Assembly: GCA_028534125.1 (NCBI GenBank)
Contig: CM052816.1
Coordinates: 60,018,001 to 60,082,000 of the forward strand
Direction of reading: 5' to 3'
Source of the DNA: Lama glama
Taxonomy: Eukaryota
Length of the DNA: 64,000 bases
Below, piece after piece: positions 38,910-53,260 of this stretch (its first letter is position 1; each line of letters starts with the position of its first letter). The position numbers and the translations under genes are program-made. The notes under the pieces were generated by a model. That model saw nothing but the letters and a program-made list of their open reading frames with translations, was not told where the DNA came from and ran no database searches.

Positions 38910-39899
38910 CCACCTTTCCTAATTAAACTGCAATGTCTCGGGTTCCCAGCAAATGGAGAAAAATTTCTTTCCATATATGTTATATGCAGCTCTATTTACT
39001 CTACAACATTGTAGCCTGAGTGCCTAACACTACTGTAGTCAGCAGCAATGTATTTTAGCATGTACACACACACACACACAGTCTCCAAGAAAATATCACA
39101 CCTCCACCCCAGTGCCAGGGTTGGTAGGACAGAAGGAGCTTCAATCTCTAACCATGCTGTGTTTAGGAACACAGTCCCCTCCAACCCCAACCCCCCATGA
39201 CGTTGGTGTCACCTTCGAGAGAAGAGAATGTCCTTCTTCTAGTCTTAAGAGCCACCTTATTTCCTGCCTTAATAGGACTGATTTTTTTCCCAGGGAAAAT
39301 TTCAGCTTACTGTATGCAGTTATGAGAAAATCATGATCATTCAGAAGGCAGTTTTGGTGAGATCCCTTGTGTGACTTTCTACTCCCCTGTGGGTCACAAA
39401 AGGACATTGCAAGGCTGATCACAAGCAGGAGAATTCTTTCTCCCCTCATTATTGTTTATCTAGGACAATGCCTACTGGGAGACATTTATTCAGCTACCTT
39501 CACTGTAGAGTTTGAATGGCAAATAAAGGACTTTTGCACCAAAACCACCCAGTCCCTTCTTCCCTTCCTGACACGTTGTTTTTAATTCCTGGCACTGAAT
39601 TTCTTTCTTAAGAAGCCTCTGGATACATGTGAATCTCACCTGGATAAAATCATTAAGGGGGAAAGGCAGGAAAGAGAATGGTTATATATTAACTAGTCAA
39701 TATCCCTGCACAGATTAACTGGCAGAAAGCCTGGTCCTAATGTAACTGGATGTCATTCAACAACTTCCAGCCAATGAAGAGTGAGCCTTACTGTGTGCCA
39801 GGCATCGTGCCAGGGGTAGGGAAAAGGGGAAGCAAGACTCTGTCTCTATGCTGGAGACACACTGGAAAATGGTTGGGGCTTGTTTTGTTCACATTGTTA

Positions 39900-40660
39900 T
39901 CATCAATTTTATTATAAAACAATGTTTTACAGTAAATGAATATTGAAAAGAAATCATTATCCATCACTCTGAGTGCATTCTGGAGAGTCATATGGACATA
40001 CAAATGCCTCTTTACACAGATAAAATCATAGTTCACAAAATATTTTTCAATAAATATTACATCACATATATCACATCCTTGCATGAATCTAAATGTTAAC
40101 ATTTCAGTAATCACATATAACAGCAATGTTTATTCTTCTTTCTGTTTCAGTACACTGTATGAAGGTGATAACCTCCTACCAGTGATAACGGCTTGCTAGA
40201 ATAGTGGTCAAGGAGACCCCACACTCCTATCCCTTATTCTCATCCTCACCAATATGTAACATTTCATGGTGATGAGGTTCCAGAGTTCACTTAAAACATT
40301 ACTCTACTGAGCATCATTTAGTGATTGTTCTCTTTCATATATATTACTTGGCATATCTCACTGCTGTGGACATTTTTAACAAATCATTCTTTCTTTCTTT
40401 GGGGGGTATATTTCTCAAAATAAGTAGCTTTTATTACACAGGTCACTGCCCAGAAAGGCTAGAACAATCGAGAGCCCCTAACAAAGCAATAAATGTGTGT
40501 GTGTGCCTTGAGCCCACTAGGCTGGCTCACAGTTATTTCTGCTAACTCAAGTTGTTGTCATTTTCATTTTCTCAGTTATTTTCGAAGCTATGTATTTATT
40601 CTACGTGATGTTTCACTTACTCTTTCCTTCTATGTAAACCGTCTGTTCAAATCCTTTGAC
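39900..40660 (-). mobile_element. Highly degraded L1ME-like fragments
   Basis: catttagtgattgttctc...ctgctgtggacattttt...actgcccagaaaggctagaacaatc...ttctatgtaaaccgtctgttcaaatcctttgac. Confidence 0.5.
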
Positions 40661-42464
40661 ACTTAGAAGAAGTAAATTTTTTATGTGAAATAGAAGGAGG
40701 TTGTAGAGACCTGGGACATGGTAGGGCTGAAGGGCTCTGACTGCCAGGGGTAGCATACTAACCATGCGGCCCAGGTCCTGTGAGGAAGAGGACTGGATGA
40801 GGAGAATTCTATATCAGAAAAGCGTTGCCTTCTGCACAGAAAGCCACAGACCACTACCCAAGAAAGGGAAAGTGCCCAACCTTTGTGCCAGTCCCCAAAC
40901 CATAGATACAGCCAGTCATTCTACAGGAGCTGGGGTTTTTAAAGGCTTTTCAAACATGCCTCACAGTTCTCAGATTCATCTGACCACCCCTAATTTGCAA
41001 AGAAAGGAGCTGAGTCACGGAGGGTTTGGCTGACGGACCAGGAGGGCCGTGGCCTGTTAGTGGGAGAGCTGGATGCAAGTGGCAGAGCTCCTGAATGCTT
41101 GTCCTGGGCTCAGGGAAAAGAGGCCACTCTGCCTCTTTATTGTGGCCATCGAGGAACAGACAACCAATTGTGATTTCCCCAACACCCACAAAAGAGTAAT
41201 TTGCTGCTTGGCCAAAGGTGGGACCTGAATAAACTGGCTTTGTGCTGAAAGTCTGCTGAGCCCAGCTCCCTGCCCCCAGCCCAGGGCAGCCCCAGCTCAC
41301 TCCCAGCCACATCATCTGAAGGCCGAACCCCTAGCGGTAGTGGGAAGACCTGTCATGCCACTACAGATAGTTTGGGTATGAAAGACAGGGTCATTCCTTC
41401 TATTTTCTGGAAGAAGAAAATGAAAAATGCATAATGCTTAAAAGTCAAATTTTTTAAGATAAATTAATCTTAATTTCTGAGTTAGACTTTCAGATTCATT
41501 GACTCTCCAGAGACTTAGAGACAACATCAAAACACTGGATCAGTTGAACTGACCCGCCCACCAATCCCAAATTGCTTACCCAGCTTTTGGTCCCACATCA
41601 ACATAGGATGTAGAATCACACTGTTGGTACACAACACACCAGATGTTTGGCAGTGAATGAGCATTTTCTGAAAAAGTCAGTGACTCTGAAAACCAATTTT
41701 TCAATGTTCTGACTTTCATATTTCGTTATCACCTGGAAGTGAGAGAAGCAGCAGAACTGCCTGTTTCTAAATTGGCCCTTTCCACCTCATTGCAAAGAAA
41801 TTCAAATGCTCCTTAAAGAGCTGGTGTCTTCTCTCATATGAAACCAAAGGAGATTCTGTTGTCAGGGTTTTATTTCACTTTCTGGCTATTACTGAATAGT
41901 TATATTTATTTTATTAAAGGGATAATGGATCATGAAAAGAAGGCCAAGATTTTATAAGACCAATGTTCACATAGCCCCTTGGAAATTCACTATCAAGTGT
42001 ATACAGTGGGAGTCTTGGGAATGGAGACATCTCTTAAAAAGCCTTTCCTTTGAAGTGTTATCATTCTAAGCAAATAAATAAAAGCAGCATTCACTCCTAG
42101 GCTCGCCTGCAGCCGGAGGCAGAGAACTACAAAGGCTGCCGGTGCTCCTGGGGTCCTAGGCCAGCTCTTCCTGTCTCCCAGTTGCTGCCCTGCTCCTCAC
42201 AGGCAGACAGACTGTGCCTTTGTTGCCGGCAAATCCCCAAACTTTACCTTGACAGTAATGCAGCCCATGAGTCATTCTCCAGTTGTATGAATCACCAGGG
42301 GAAATGCCTCTGTTTTGACGAGGCTCCCAGCAAACCAGCTTTTGCCTGCATACTCTGACCAGAAGAGCAGGTGCATGGGTGGTAGCTTGCTTGCTGTGAA
42401 ACATACGGCATGGGCCTCTGTTCCCTTCAGAGCCCCTGGTCCCTAGCATAGGAGGCCATAGTCA

Positions 42465-42800
42465 ACCAGTATTAACTGAGGGCCTCATGTGCCAGGCTCA
42501 GTTTTACATGCAGGGGGATACAGCAATGAATGAAAAACACAAGGTCCTTGCTATAGAGCAGTCTATTTTCCAGAAGGGAAATAGACAATGAACAATAAAA
42601 TAATAACTAGATGGGACCAGTGCAAGCACCGCTGGCACCTTGCCAACAGAATCTCATTTTGCTTCATACGAGAAAATAAAATTGGGTGACATGAGAGTGA
42701 GTGATTTGTGTTACACTGGGTTTCAAGGGAGTCTTCTCTGTGGAGATGACAGACATTTGAGCTCCTTGAGGCTGAGTGATGAAGGCAGAGGAATAAAATA
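42465..42800 (-). mobile_element. L2 3' end
   Basis: tattaactgagggcctcatgtgccaggc...ggggatacagcaatgaatgaaaaacacaaggtccttg. Confidence 0.75.
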
Positions 42801-43189
42801 TGTTAAGACCTTTGAGACAGAATGGGCAGAAGCATTTGTGACCTCAGAGAAAGATCCATGATATCCAAGCCCATCTCAGACTGTTAGCCTTAGCAGAATA
42901 GGTGCTTAGGAGATCAACTTACCACTGAGACACACAGCAGAGAGTAAACATTGGCCCTGGAGGTCATTTCATCCAACTCCTTATTTTAAAGCTAGAGAGC
43001 AAAGGCTTAAAAAGACAAAGAGTGCTTTGCCCTAAGTCATAGGGCTGTAGGTAGGTGTGGCAAGCTCAGAGGCAGGAGGTAGTGATATTCTAAAGCAGAA
43101 AAGCCTTTCCAGAAGCTCTGAATCACATCAGGCTACTCCACAATAGGGAAAAAAGACCCTGAATTCTCATAAGACAAATCTGCCTATAA

Positions 43190-43540
43190 ATCAGTCAGGA
43201 TAGGCCAGGTGATGTTGTTGTAACAAATATCTCCAAAATCTTAATGACTTAAAAGCAGTGCATATTGCTTATCATGAGTCAGTAGAAAGAGTCTTTTTAT
43301 CAGAGTCAATTCCATATCTTGAGTATTCCGCAGAGGAAAGGGAGAGCTCTGGAGGGTCTCACATTGGCAATGAAATATTCCAACTCAGAGGTGATTGTCA
43401 CTCTGCTCACAACTCATTTGCCAGGCCTACTCGAATGGCCCCTCCCAATCACGGGGGTCAGGATATACAGCCTACACATGTACCCCGGCAAGAGAAGAGC
43501 TAGAAGCATTTGGCAAATTGCACTTATGACTCTACACAAT
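43190..43540 (-). mobile_element. MLT1 (J/K-like) MaLR LTR
   Basis: tcagtcaggataggccaggtgatgttgttgtaacaaatatctccaaaatc...ctgctcacaactcatttgccagg...tacagcctacacatgtaccc. Confidence 0.75.
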
Positions 43541-45599
43541 GTTCTTCTAAACGCTACAGAATGCATTAGCAAATAGAAAAGTCCTCCACGGGGCCAAACA
43601 ACAGGCCTTCCATTTTCCGTCCTACATAAGCTGAGGCACTACCAGGAATAGAGTGACCAGAGAACCAGAAGTGAGAAACACCCAACAGGCAATCACTGAT
43701 TGTTATCATCAATAGAAGGAGGGAGGGGAAGGGCTTGTCAGCTGAGGAGGAAGAATGGCATCCTACAAGCTGGAGGTCAGTTCCCTGGGCTTTCAGGGAT
43801 TTGGACCCTGGATCTCAGAGGTCCTAGCCTATCAGGAATAGAAACCCTGAAATATATCTTAAAACCTAGTTGGTAGGGAATCCTACAACTTCAACAATGA
43901 ACTGGCTCCAGAAAGAGTCTTGGCTCTGACACATAATCTGCTCATTTCAAACCTTCTAGAACTGTTATCTTGCCAAATAAGGCTGTCTAAACAGGTAAAA
44001 TCAGTCTTACACATCCCACAGAACAATAAATACTGAAATAAGACCTACCCACATTCTCAGACCAACTAGACCTTGCCTTAGAACCAGGAATATACAGATT
44101 TGCTGCCCGCCTGAATCTCCGGCACCTGCAACCCATCCCAAATTCTCATCTACTGCTTCTCCTGGCCTTAGTGAGCTCATGCAACCTGGTGTCTCTTGTA
44201 TTATTGCTGCATCTGGTGTAAGACACAGAAAATCACCACAAACATTCACATGTGCCCACACCCTCTCAAGTGAGAGCTCAGCCTCTTTAATCCAAACACG
44301 GTGTGAATCCTGGGAAACAGAATTAGTTTCTGTTCTCTTTGGCCCCAGCATAAACCATGGCCAGGGTTTAGTGCTCTGTTCCCAAAGGCCCCAGTGAGAT
44401 GAATTTGAAAATTCAGTCAGAAGACCCAGCACTTCAAAGAAACCACACAATAGAGCTCTAGTCACATGAACCCCGAGAACATATTTATTATTTTTAAATC
44501 TTCAGAATCTGCCCATTTTTCCACATACATCACTCTCACAGAATCCTCTTCACCAAAGCCCCCCTGCTAGAAGGAGAGGCATTCCCAAATCAGAGACTTC
44601 ATGGCTACAGAATTCTTCACCACTTTTCCACAGAAACTGTACAAAACAGCTGGCTTTACAGCAGGATGTCAAAATGGTCTCAGTCTGACAGCCTCGCTGT
44701 ATGAAACACTGGAATCCTTCTTAAGGAAATTCCATCCAATGACCTTTTTCAGCACATAATTAGAGTGTGAGGTTTTCTTAAGCCCTGGGTTAAGATGTTT
44801 CTGGTATAAATCCATGGGTGATCTGAAATCTCCTGTGATTACTGGAGATTGCTGTGCCACTTCTCAGAGTTCAAAAGCCAAGCAGACAAATACCACTGGG
44901 CTTTGGGGACACATAGCACTGATGTGTTTGCCAAACTAAACTGCTTTCTCATTAGAACTACATGAAATCTGTAATTACTGGTCTGCTGAGGCTTTTGAGA
45001 GAATGCCCATACATTTTCTGCACCTCACAATGAATCTGCAGCAGTTCACAGACCACCCCAGCCCCCACCTCCATCTGGCTCAACTTTGTCAAGGCTTGTT
45101 TGAATCATAGTAAAATGTCACATCTGGGGAATAAACTTTTTCATGGGGCCACGCATATGGCCTTTACAAGGGACTTCTAATGCTGATTCATGAGCCGCCT
45201 CCTGTGTGAGTTGAGGTTCTGGTCTGGTTCCTAGCTGATGGTTATCTCTCCCACCACCCCTCTCCTTTCTTCTCCTCCACCTCACCCCTTCACCACCTCT
45301 CCCGCTGGGACTCAGTCGGCAGTTTCACCAGGTCTGCAGCTGGGGAGGAAGTTCTCCCTCTTCATCTACTGTGCAGCTCACTTCCTCCACTGAGTCATCT
45401 AAGAGCACTGGTTTCACCAGCTGAGAAGTAATTTTTCAGGAGGGGTACACCCTTGATCTTCCAGGCAGCCCACCAACGCTCTTTAGAAGGTCAACTGCCA
45501 CCAAAGTATCCCCATTCAGTGTCACCTTCCCAGGTTGATCTGAGAAATGACTCTTTGCTAATGTGAACATGGGTAGTAGTGGTTACTGGTATGGACATT

Positions 45600-45860
45600 A
45601 TCACCATCATGGCTGCAGCTAACACTTCTAAGGGCTTATTCTATATTAGGTACTGATCTATTTCTCTTCCTATATCATGTCATTCAATCCTAAAAACAAA
45701 TGCATAAGGGAGCAACTATTACTATTAGCACATTTTAGAGATGTGGACCCTGAGGCTCAGGGAAAGTAAATAACTTGCCCAAGGCCACGTGTCCCCTGAG
45801 TGATAGAACCAGGATAAAACTTGGACATTCTGACTCTGGAATTCATTCTCTTATCAGCAG
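45600..45860 (-). mobile_element. MIR SINE, near full length
   Basis: tcattcaatcct...cattttagagatgtggaccctgaggctcagggaaagtaaataacttgcccaaggccac...tctgactctgga. Confidence 0.85.
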
Positions 45861-48683
45861 TCTTTCTAAGTGATCCACAGAAAAACATAAGAGGTTTCCC
45901 AGGAAAGGATGCTCTCATGGCCTGTGACTACCAACCTTCTGCTCTGTCCTTTTTTCCTGCTGAGAAACAAACGAACCCATCCACCTTGCAGAATGGTAGG
46001 GATCTCGGTGAGGGAGAAGGCGGCCCAGCCTCGAGTCCAGCACAGGCTTGACTTCCACACACAGCCCGGTCATCCACCCTGCTACATGAAACGAAGGCAG
46101 ACACGTGCCCAACGGTCACAGTCTTGGGCTCCTCTGGGAGCTGCCAGGGTCTCCACTTAGCACCTAGGGAGGCTTGTACCTGAAGGAAAGACCACCCAAC
46201 AGTTCCTGTTATACCAGGATGAAAATCAAGGTCTCCTCTCTGAAGCCAGCTCCACCTCAGTTCCCAGATGCCCACGAATCCAAGACTGAGTCTTTACTTC
46301 AACACTGCTGGAGTCAAGATATGTGATTTGGTGTGAGTAACCAAACCTCTCTGAGATAGTTACCTGATGATGGGGCTGCTATAGGCCTGCAGTGGCCAAA
46401 GGAGGTGCAGTCCAGAGCCTGCCTCACCAGCCCAACACACATTGGTTCTTTCTCTGAAGCTTGGTGGTCTGCCCTCCTGTCTTGGCTTTAGTGAACTACA
46501 CTTAAGGTTCCCCAAATCCCACAAGCTCCTCAGATCCAGACTGATTCTGATTCTGTGAACTTTGACCTCTCTGCTTCCAGTTTTGTTGATAGCCTCACCC
46601 TGACCTCTACTTTATCTTTCTCATTCCTGGCACCGTGCCATTCCCTGATTGCTCCCTGCCCTTGGCTCAGCTCTGCCAGCCCATCATTTGAGTATGGGCC
46701 TCCCCTAGGCATAAGGGTGAGGACCACCGTGTGTCTGAAGAACAAACTCAAGGAAGGTCCAAGGCTAAATTAGTAAGTAGGTGGTCTGTTTCAGCACACC
46801 TCCCACATGTCCCATTCCTGGCTTATCTTTTGGACGAATCCTAGACAAATTCACTTTCACACTCAGGGATTTTGAGTACTATTCTATGGCTCATAGAATT
46901 GAGCACGAAATCTTGCTGAGCCGTTCCCAACCCACTACCACCCCTTCTTTTGGCCAGTTTTTGGCTTTTCTCTCAGGAGACCTCTCTACCAGCCCTGTTC
47001 GAGCAAAGCAGAAGCATCACCAGCCCCCATCCAGCCACTGACCTTCAGCAAGTCCCTTTGTCCTTCAGAACTTGAGGTTCAACTACAACTGCTGCAGCTC
47101 TCTATATCCCTTTCCCTAAAATACTCAACTCCCAGACAGAAGAAAGCAAAGGCTCATTTGACAGCAGCTGGGCTAGGCAGCTACAACGTTCCTTTTAACC
47201 TCAGTGGGGGTTATTTTTGAGTTCACATAACCTTTAAAAAAACTGCCACTCCATTTTATCAAGCATCACCTTGACCTCTGCTTCAGGATGACTGTCTATT
47301 GCTGGTCCCTGGAGTGGTCCCCATACTGTGGAATAACAAGTATCCTCACATCCCCCAGACCATGCCAAAGACCTGTCAGGGTCTGGAATGATCCAGTAAT
47401 AAAAACCTACTAAAGTTAAAGTTGCTACAAGTGTGAGAACATTTATGAATGAAATTTTTCTCACTGTACTAATATCCAGAAGTGAATCATTCAACCTCCA
47501 ACCCACCAGAAATGCCTCCCTTTAGATCTGCAGGATTCACCATCCAACAGTTTTTATATCCAGTAGGGGAACAGGAAGGCGGATCCCCCTATGGTGGGTG
47601 TTAAAATAAACAGGCTCTGGCAGTGTGAAGAACCTCTTGTTTCTCTAAGGAGGATCTGAGACAGAGAAGGAAGTGCGTGGACACAGAGTGCAGGTTTTTA
47701 TACACTACTCTAGTGGATAGGTCAAACCTAATCCACGGGTTATGACATGAATGCTAATATCCATTTTCATATAAAGCCACAAACCTCTTTTTTGTTCTTT
47801 AAGGGTTGATGCTGCTAATCACTACAGGCAAAAAGACAGGAACTGAGAACAATAAAACATCGTGAAAGTTACAGATTCTGCAGAAACCTCCCAGGTCCTG
47901 TTTTTACGAGTTACATTTATTCTTTGCTCAAAGGCAAATAGGTCCTGGCCCTGACCTAGCTGCTTCCAGGAATTGCTTTCCTTCATGTTTTACTCTTCAT
48001 TCTGGAGGTGGACCTCAAGGACACACAAACCCCCAAACAGTATCTACACCCTTGCTTTTATGTGTGTATGTGCACTCCTTTGGGAAGGGAACTCCTAAGT
48101 TTCATTAACCACCAAAGGATTTAGAAACCCAACAAAGGTCAAGGAACAATTCTAATAGGAGGTCCTCATCCATCTTTTAGGGCAAAGAAGTAGATCAAAT
48201 GGAGCCCATATGGATGTCTGTAGATTCCATGGACTATTTATACCAGGAAGGACTCAAAAACAGATGTCAGCAATTTGTATCCTCAATGCTTAGTCAGGAC
48301 CCAACTACGTTATAGTCAAATTATCTGGTTACAATACAGAAAATTTATTGGACGCCTACTTGTGCCATGATTGTTCTAAATATTAGTGATAATTGGCATG
48401 CACCACTACAGCTGTGTGGGCTACTAAAACATTGAAATTCTTCCATGCTGCCCCAGCCAGTGTCCCCTCCATCTGGAAGCCCTGGAGTTCCCCCAAATCT
48501 CTCAGCTAAAGGGTGAACACTTGGAAATGCAGAAAGCCTCCAAGGACCCTCCTCAGCACTGCAGTGGCCCTGTAGATTGACTGGTCCTAGGGTCATGGCA
48601 TTTATTAGTATTTTGAATACCACCCCTGGATATAACCATGAACACAAACTGGACCGGCACTTTTCCTCTTTCTATTCATAGTC

Positions 48684-48970
48684 TGTATTAATCGGAGTCA
48701 GAGTAGTTAATAGAAGCTGCTGTGAGAAACATCCCCCAAATCTTAGTTACTTAATACAATAATGTCTAGCTCTCATAGTCCCATACAAGCTGGCGGAATA
48801 TCTGTCAGGACCCAAGCTTTGACATGGATTACCTCACTTCTGTGATATTCCAGTGGCCAGAACCCAATTACAAGGCCACTCTAATTGCAAAGGAGGCTGG
48901 GAAATGTCATCTTCCTGTGTGCCCAGAAGAGTAAGCAAGGTTGGGAAGCATCGAGCCATTTCTGGCACAC
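48684..48970 (-). mobile_element. MLT1 (I/J-like) MaLR LTR remnant
   Basis: tgtatt...aacatcccccaaatcttagttactta...tggccagaacc...tgcaaaggaggctgggaaatgtcatcttcctgtgtgcccag. Confidence 0.75.
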
Positions 48971-49849
48971 AGTCTGAACTTACAGCCTAGTGAGGCACAT
49001 GGCTATCAATCGAACAGTCACATTAATAAATAGGTAAGATAGTCCCTGTCACAAGCTTCTCTCTCACTGTTCGCAGAGGTCACCTGGATGGCTCTGTATG
49101 TCTGAGAGCCAGTGCTTCCTAGGGCAGTGTTTCTCCAAGACTAGATGCATCCCAAACCTGGACAGCTTGCTAAATCCTGGACTGTTGAGCCCCATCCCAG
49201 CATTTCCGATTCATAGGTCTAGGGGGAGGCCTGTTCTAAGAAGCCCCAAGCGATGCTGATACCAGGACTGCACCTTGATTCCCAAGCCAGAGTTTTCCAA
49301 GGTCGGCCAAGAGGTCCTGAGCCAGGAGTAACTCTCTCCTTTCCTGCTTGAGGCGTCTGAAGCCCTCTTCCCCTGTCTCTTGGAGTTCATTCCCCCTCTG
49401 GGATTTTGGCACTGAGGTGATATTGCTATCTTTCTGCCTGAGGTGAGGCAGGCCCTGGGGCCCTTCCAGGCTAATCACACCTTGTGAATGGCTGCCTTTG
49501 GTGTCCTTCTCTCTCTCTGCCCAGTGTCCTAGCCCCAAATCAGACCTCCCCCAAGACGAGCAGGGCCACTGAGGCCACATCCTGGGAAGGTCCTCTTCAC
49601 CAACTCTCCTTTCCTCATAAGTTCTTTTCCTTCCCCACTCACAGAAAAACCCTGTTTGCAACAACCCTCAATTTCTTTCAGAATATTAACTCTGGCCAGA
49701 GGGAAACACACTAACAATTTATTGGAACCAGTCACTCGCAAATCAAATTTTGTCTGAAATATTTACTCTTCAGAACACCGATTCTCCAGATATCAATGAG
49801 CCCACTTTCAGATATCTCCTTTTCTATGTCGCACAGGCAGCCAATACAG

Positions 49850-50000
49850 TGGACTCAGACAGACCGGAGTTGAAACGCTATCACGATCTCTGCCAGTGAT
49901 GTAACCCTGAATTTCAGTTTTCTCCTTTGTGAAGTAGGGATAATAATGCCAACCTCATAAAGCTCTCATGATGGTGAAATGAGACAAGCCTGTGGCCTGG
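49850..50000 (+). mobile_element. MIR SINE
   Basis: ggactcagacagaccggagttgaa...tcagttttctcctttgtgaagtagggataataatgccaacctcat. Confidence 0.75.
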
Positions 50001-52203
50001 AGCATATTTTTCAAGTACCCTGGACACACAAATGATCAGTCCCCGGAGACACATCCTCAATGGTAAGTGCAGGCAGCATGAAACGGTGAGGGAGCCTCCA
50101 TGTTTTTACGCTTTTACACCAGATCCCAACCCTGGCTGTGTGACCCTAGACAAATCACTGCACTTCTCTGTGATTCTAGGCCCTCTGCCTCCTGTAAGAA
50201 GAGAAATTTAGTTACCATCTAGTTTCTCCTGAGTACATTCTGCAAACAAGTAGGAAAGAGGATTAAATTCTTTGAGCTCTCTGAAAGAGTAGTCTATAAA
50301 TTCAAACCTATGACTACATAAACCTACAATATCAGTAAGTGAACTAAATAGACTATTTGATGCAAACTTGTTTTTCTAGATCAAAGACTTGTCTCCCAAG
50401 AAGGGATTATCTACAAATAATACCCACTGCAAATGTAAGCAGGATGTTGGGTTTTGTTTTTTGGTTTTTTGGGGCTTTTTTTTTTTTGGCTTGCTTGTTT
50501 TGTCTTAGCTGATTTATGCCGAGGTGAACCTGAACATGAAAGTTTTAACCTGAGATCTAATACCTAAATATTTAGGAAGGTTCTATAGCAACTCGAGGAT
50601 TAAACGCCAGTACATTACCCAGGAGAATGCAGACGTCACTATTTTAACCCAGGGCTGAGTTAGTGTAATCTCCTCTCTCTCCCCCTACAGCACATTATGC
50701 ACCTGGACCACTGAGCATCTGTTCCAACAACCTCCAGAATCTGGAAATATCCAAAAGCAACGCTGCTGCGGAAAGGAAATTAGGAGAGCTGATGCCATCC
50801 GTCAGGAAATTGAGTATTTAGGATAATGTGCTTTTCCAGCTTAAAGAACTCTGTGAACATCTTTTTCACTCTGTTAATGACAGGAAATGAATCATTCCGT
50901 GCTTCAGTGGGCTCAAAGAGTTCCATTTTCGGGTCTTCGCCAGTTAGGCTGCCCAGGATTTCTCCCTCTTGAGGGTGGCACTGGAAGGGCCTCCCAACAC
51001 TCAGGATTTCACAGCAGGCCTGGACCAGACAGGGGCGGCTGGTGCAACTCAGCACATGAGGAGCATGTGTTCATCGGGCGGGGAATTCAGAAACCGTGCT
51101 TCCCCACCATGCTCCAAGGAACAGTAAATCATCAGAAATTTGTGAGTGTGTGTATTTTGTTTGCCCCGCTCCCTCTCTGCCTCACACAGACAGAATAAGC
51201 TTAAATATCCCAATATTAATCATGGTACCTAGTGAAATGAGAACTTGCCAGCGTAGAATCCAGTAAACAATATTACAGTATTACAAGTGGATTACAGTAT
51301 GAATTTGAGCCAAGACATTTTATCATCTATCTTTCTCTACAGCTCTCTAAATCACCCCTTCCTGAGTAGGTCTTAAGTGTTTGGGAAGAAAAATGTTAGG
51401 GAGCAATTAAGAGAAGGGAAAGATCATTGGTTAGCGCTGAACTATGCCAAAGTCTCTTCCAAGCATTCCAGGAGATGCGTCTCTTGTGATTTAAACAGAT
51501 CAGACCTAGGGTTGGTCCAGCCCTACATAGTCATGATTTCTTCCATCCCAGTGTCTCCTCCTACTTCTCAGGAGCAGCCCTCCCATAGTGTCACCGATTT
51601 TAAGCAGGGACACTTGATTATAGGCAAAAATGCAAACCCACAAAACAAGAAGGGGCCTGGTCACCCCTACACAGAGAAGAAGCCTTGGAGGACTGGCCTG
51701 GGAAAACAGGACTCCCTCATCCACAGAGGGAGTCTGTCCCCAAGCCACTGCTCAGCACACATCATCTGGAACACTGTATCCTGAACAGGTAGTGTGGAGA
51801 GACCACAAGCAGATGCCAAGATGAGGTGTGGGTTTTTAGGTGAGAAGAAACCACACAAAAGCACAGAAAATCCAGAACAAATGCAGAGGAACAGCAAACT
51901 GATTCTTCAGTAGCACTAATGAGGAAAGAACTGGGTTAATTACAGATAAACAGAAGGAAAGAGCAGGGAGGGGCAGGAGGTGGGAGGTGGGGAGAGAGGA
52001 GAGAAAGGGAGTGGAGAGAGAGACAGAGAAAGTGGAAAAGTAAGACAGACCTCCAGGGCCACTCATGCCATATGTGGGTTTCAGGATACTTATTCTTCTC
52101 TCCAAAGTGGAAGCAGAATGAAGGTCAACCTTGATGTTGAAAGTGGATTTGATTTTATTCCTTTCCTTTACACCACTGGCCCCACCCCTATCTGCACACG
52201 CAA

Positions 52204-52232
52204 GCGTGCGCGCGCACACACACACACACACA
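52204..52232. repeat. (CG)/(CA) alternating purine-pyrimidine microsatellite
   Basis: gcgtgcgcgcgcacacacacacacacaca. Confidence 0.9.
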
Positions 52233-52824
52233 GAGCAGAAAGTTTAGTTAATTTGCAGCCTGAGGGTGTGACATACTCAGACTCCCTGGAACCACGGGTT
52301 CAAATTCCAGCAGAATAATTAGAGCCTTCCTCCTTTATGGTTGCTGATTGACAGCGATGGGGGGTGCAAAGGGGGTTTTCACTTTACTTTCTTCTTCAAG
52401 GTCCAAGTCAGGAAATTTCCAGTGGGTGGAAAGATTCTGTTATTTATCAGGATAGGCAGGACACAGATGGATGTGTTAGCACAAGGATACAAGAGAAAAG
52501 ATCTAAAGTGCACAACTGGGGAAACATTTGATCAAATTAAGGATTCAGGTCTCTTATTGCCCACCTTGGTGAGGAGTAATCGTGTGTTAACTTACGGGAG
52601 TGTGAGATGAATATCATGATTCCAAGCACCAGGAGAAGAATGTGACAATTAGAACTGAATCCCAGCTAAGAGGCAGGAAAATCAAACATATGCAACTTTG
52701 CTCCTGACCATTCATGATTTTTAAGTGAAGTGTACTATCTTTTGTAAGACAAATGATTAACTGTGATTATAAGATGGAAACAAGGCCGTCGTTAGTGGTT
52801 CTAGTGCCCATTAGTGGTCCAGAC

Positions 52825-53040
52825 CATTGGGTGTGGAACAGGACAGCCTGGGTTCTCATTCTGCTTGATCCCTGATTACATGGTATGATCTTGGGCAAGT
52901 CACTTAACTCCTCTGTGCGTCATTCAGTGTTCTCATTGGTAAGTCAGGGAAACAGCAGTACTAAGATCACTTAGTTATTGAAGTAATTCAAATAAGTGAC
53001 TTAATACCTGTAGGGCCGTGAGGAACAAAGCCTAACAAAA
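52825..53040 (+). mobile_element. MIR SINE
   Basis: cagcctgggttctcattctg...gatcttgggcaagtcacttaactcctctgtg. Confidence 0.8.
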
Positions 53041-53260
53041 TACCAACTTGAACATTCAGGATGGCAAACATACCTATAATGGGATAGATCAGTGATTTTT
53101 GAGGAACAGAGAGGACAAAGGGGCACCATCATCTATCTTATTGTTTAAGAGTGAGGATCCCTACCAAAAATAAGAGTCATTACAAGTGGGTATTGTTGCC
53201 TATGTGAATGGTGTGAAGGTTTAAAAAAAAAAAGTTATCAACTGAAACATAGGCATTGGT

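Noticed and set aside
44007..44465. 152-aa ORF, plus other long ORFs at 23923, 49236 and 51377
   Set aside because: No recognisable domain or consistent exon structure; lengths are compatible with chance in 64 kb.
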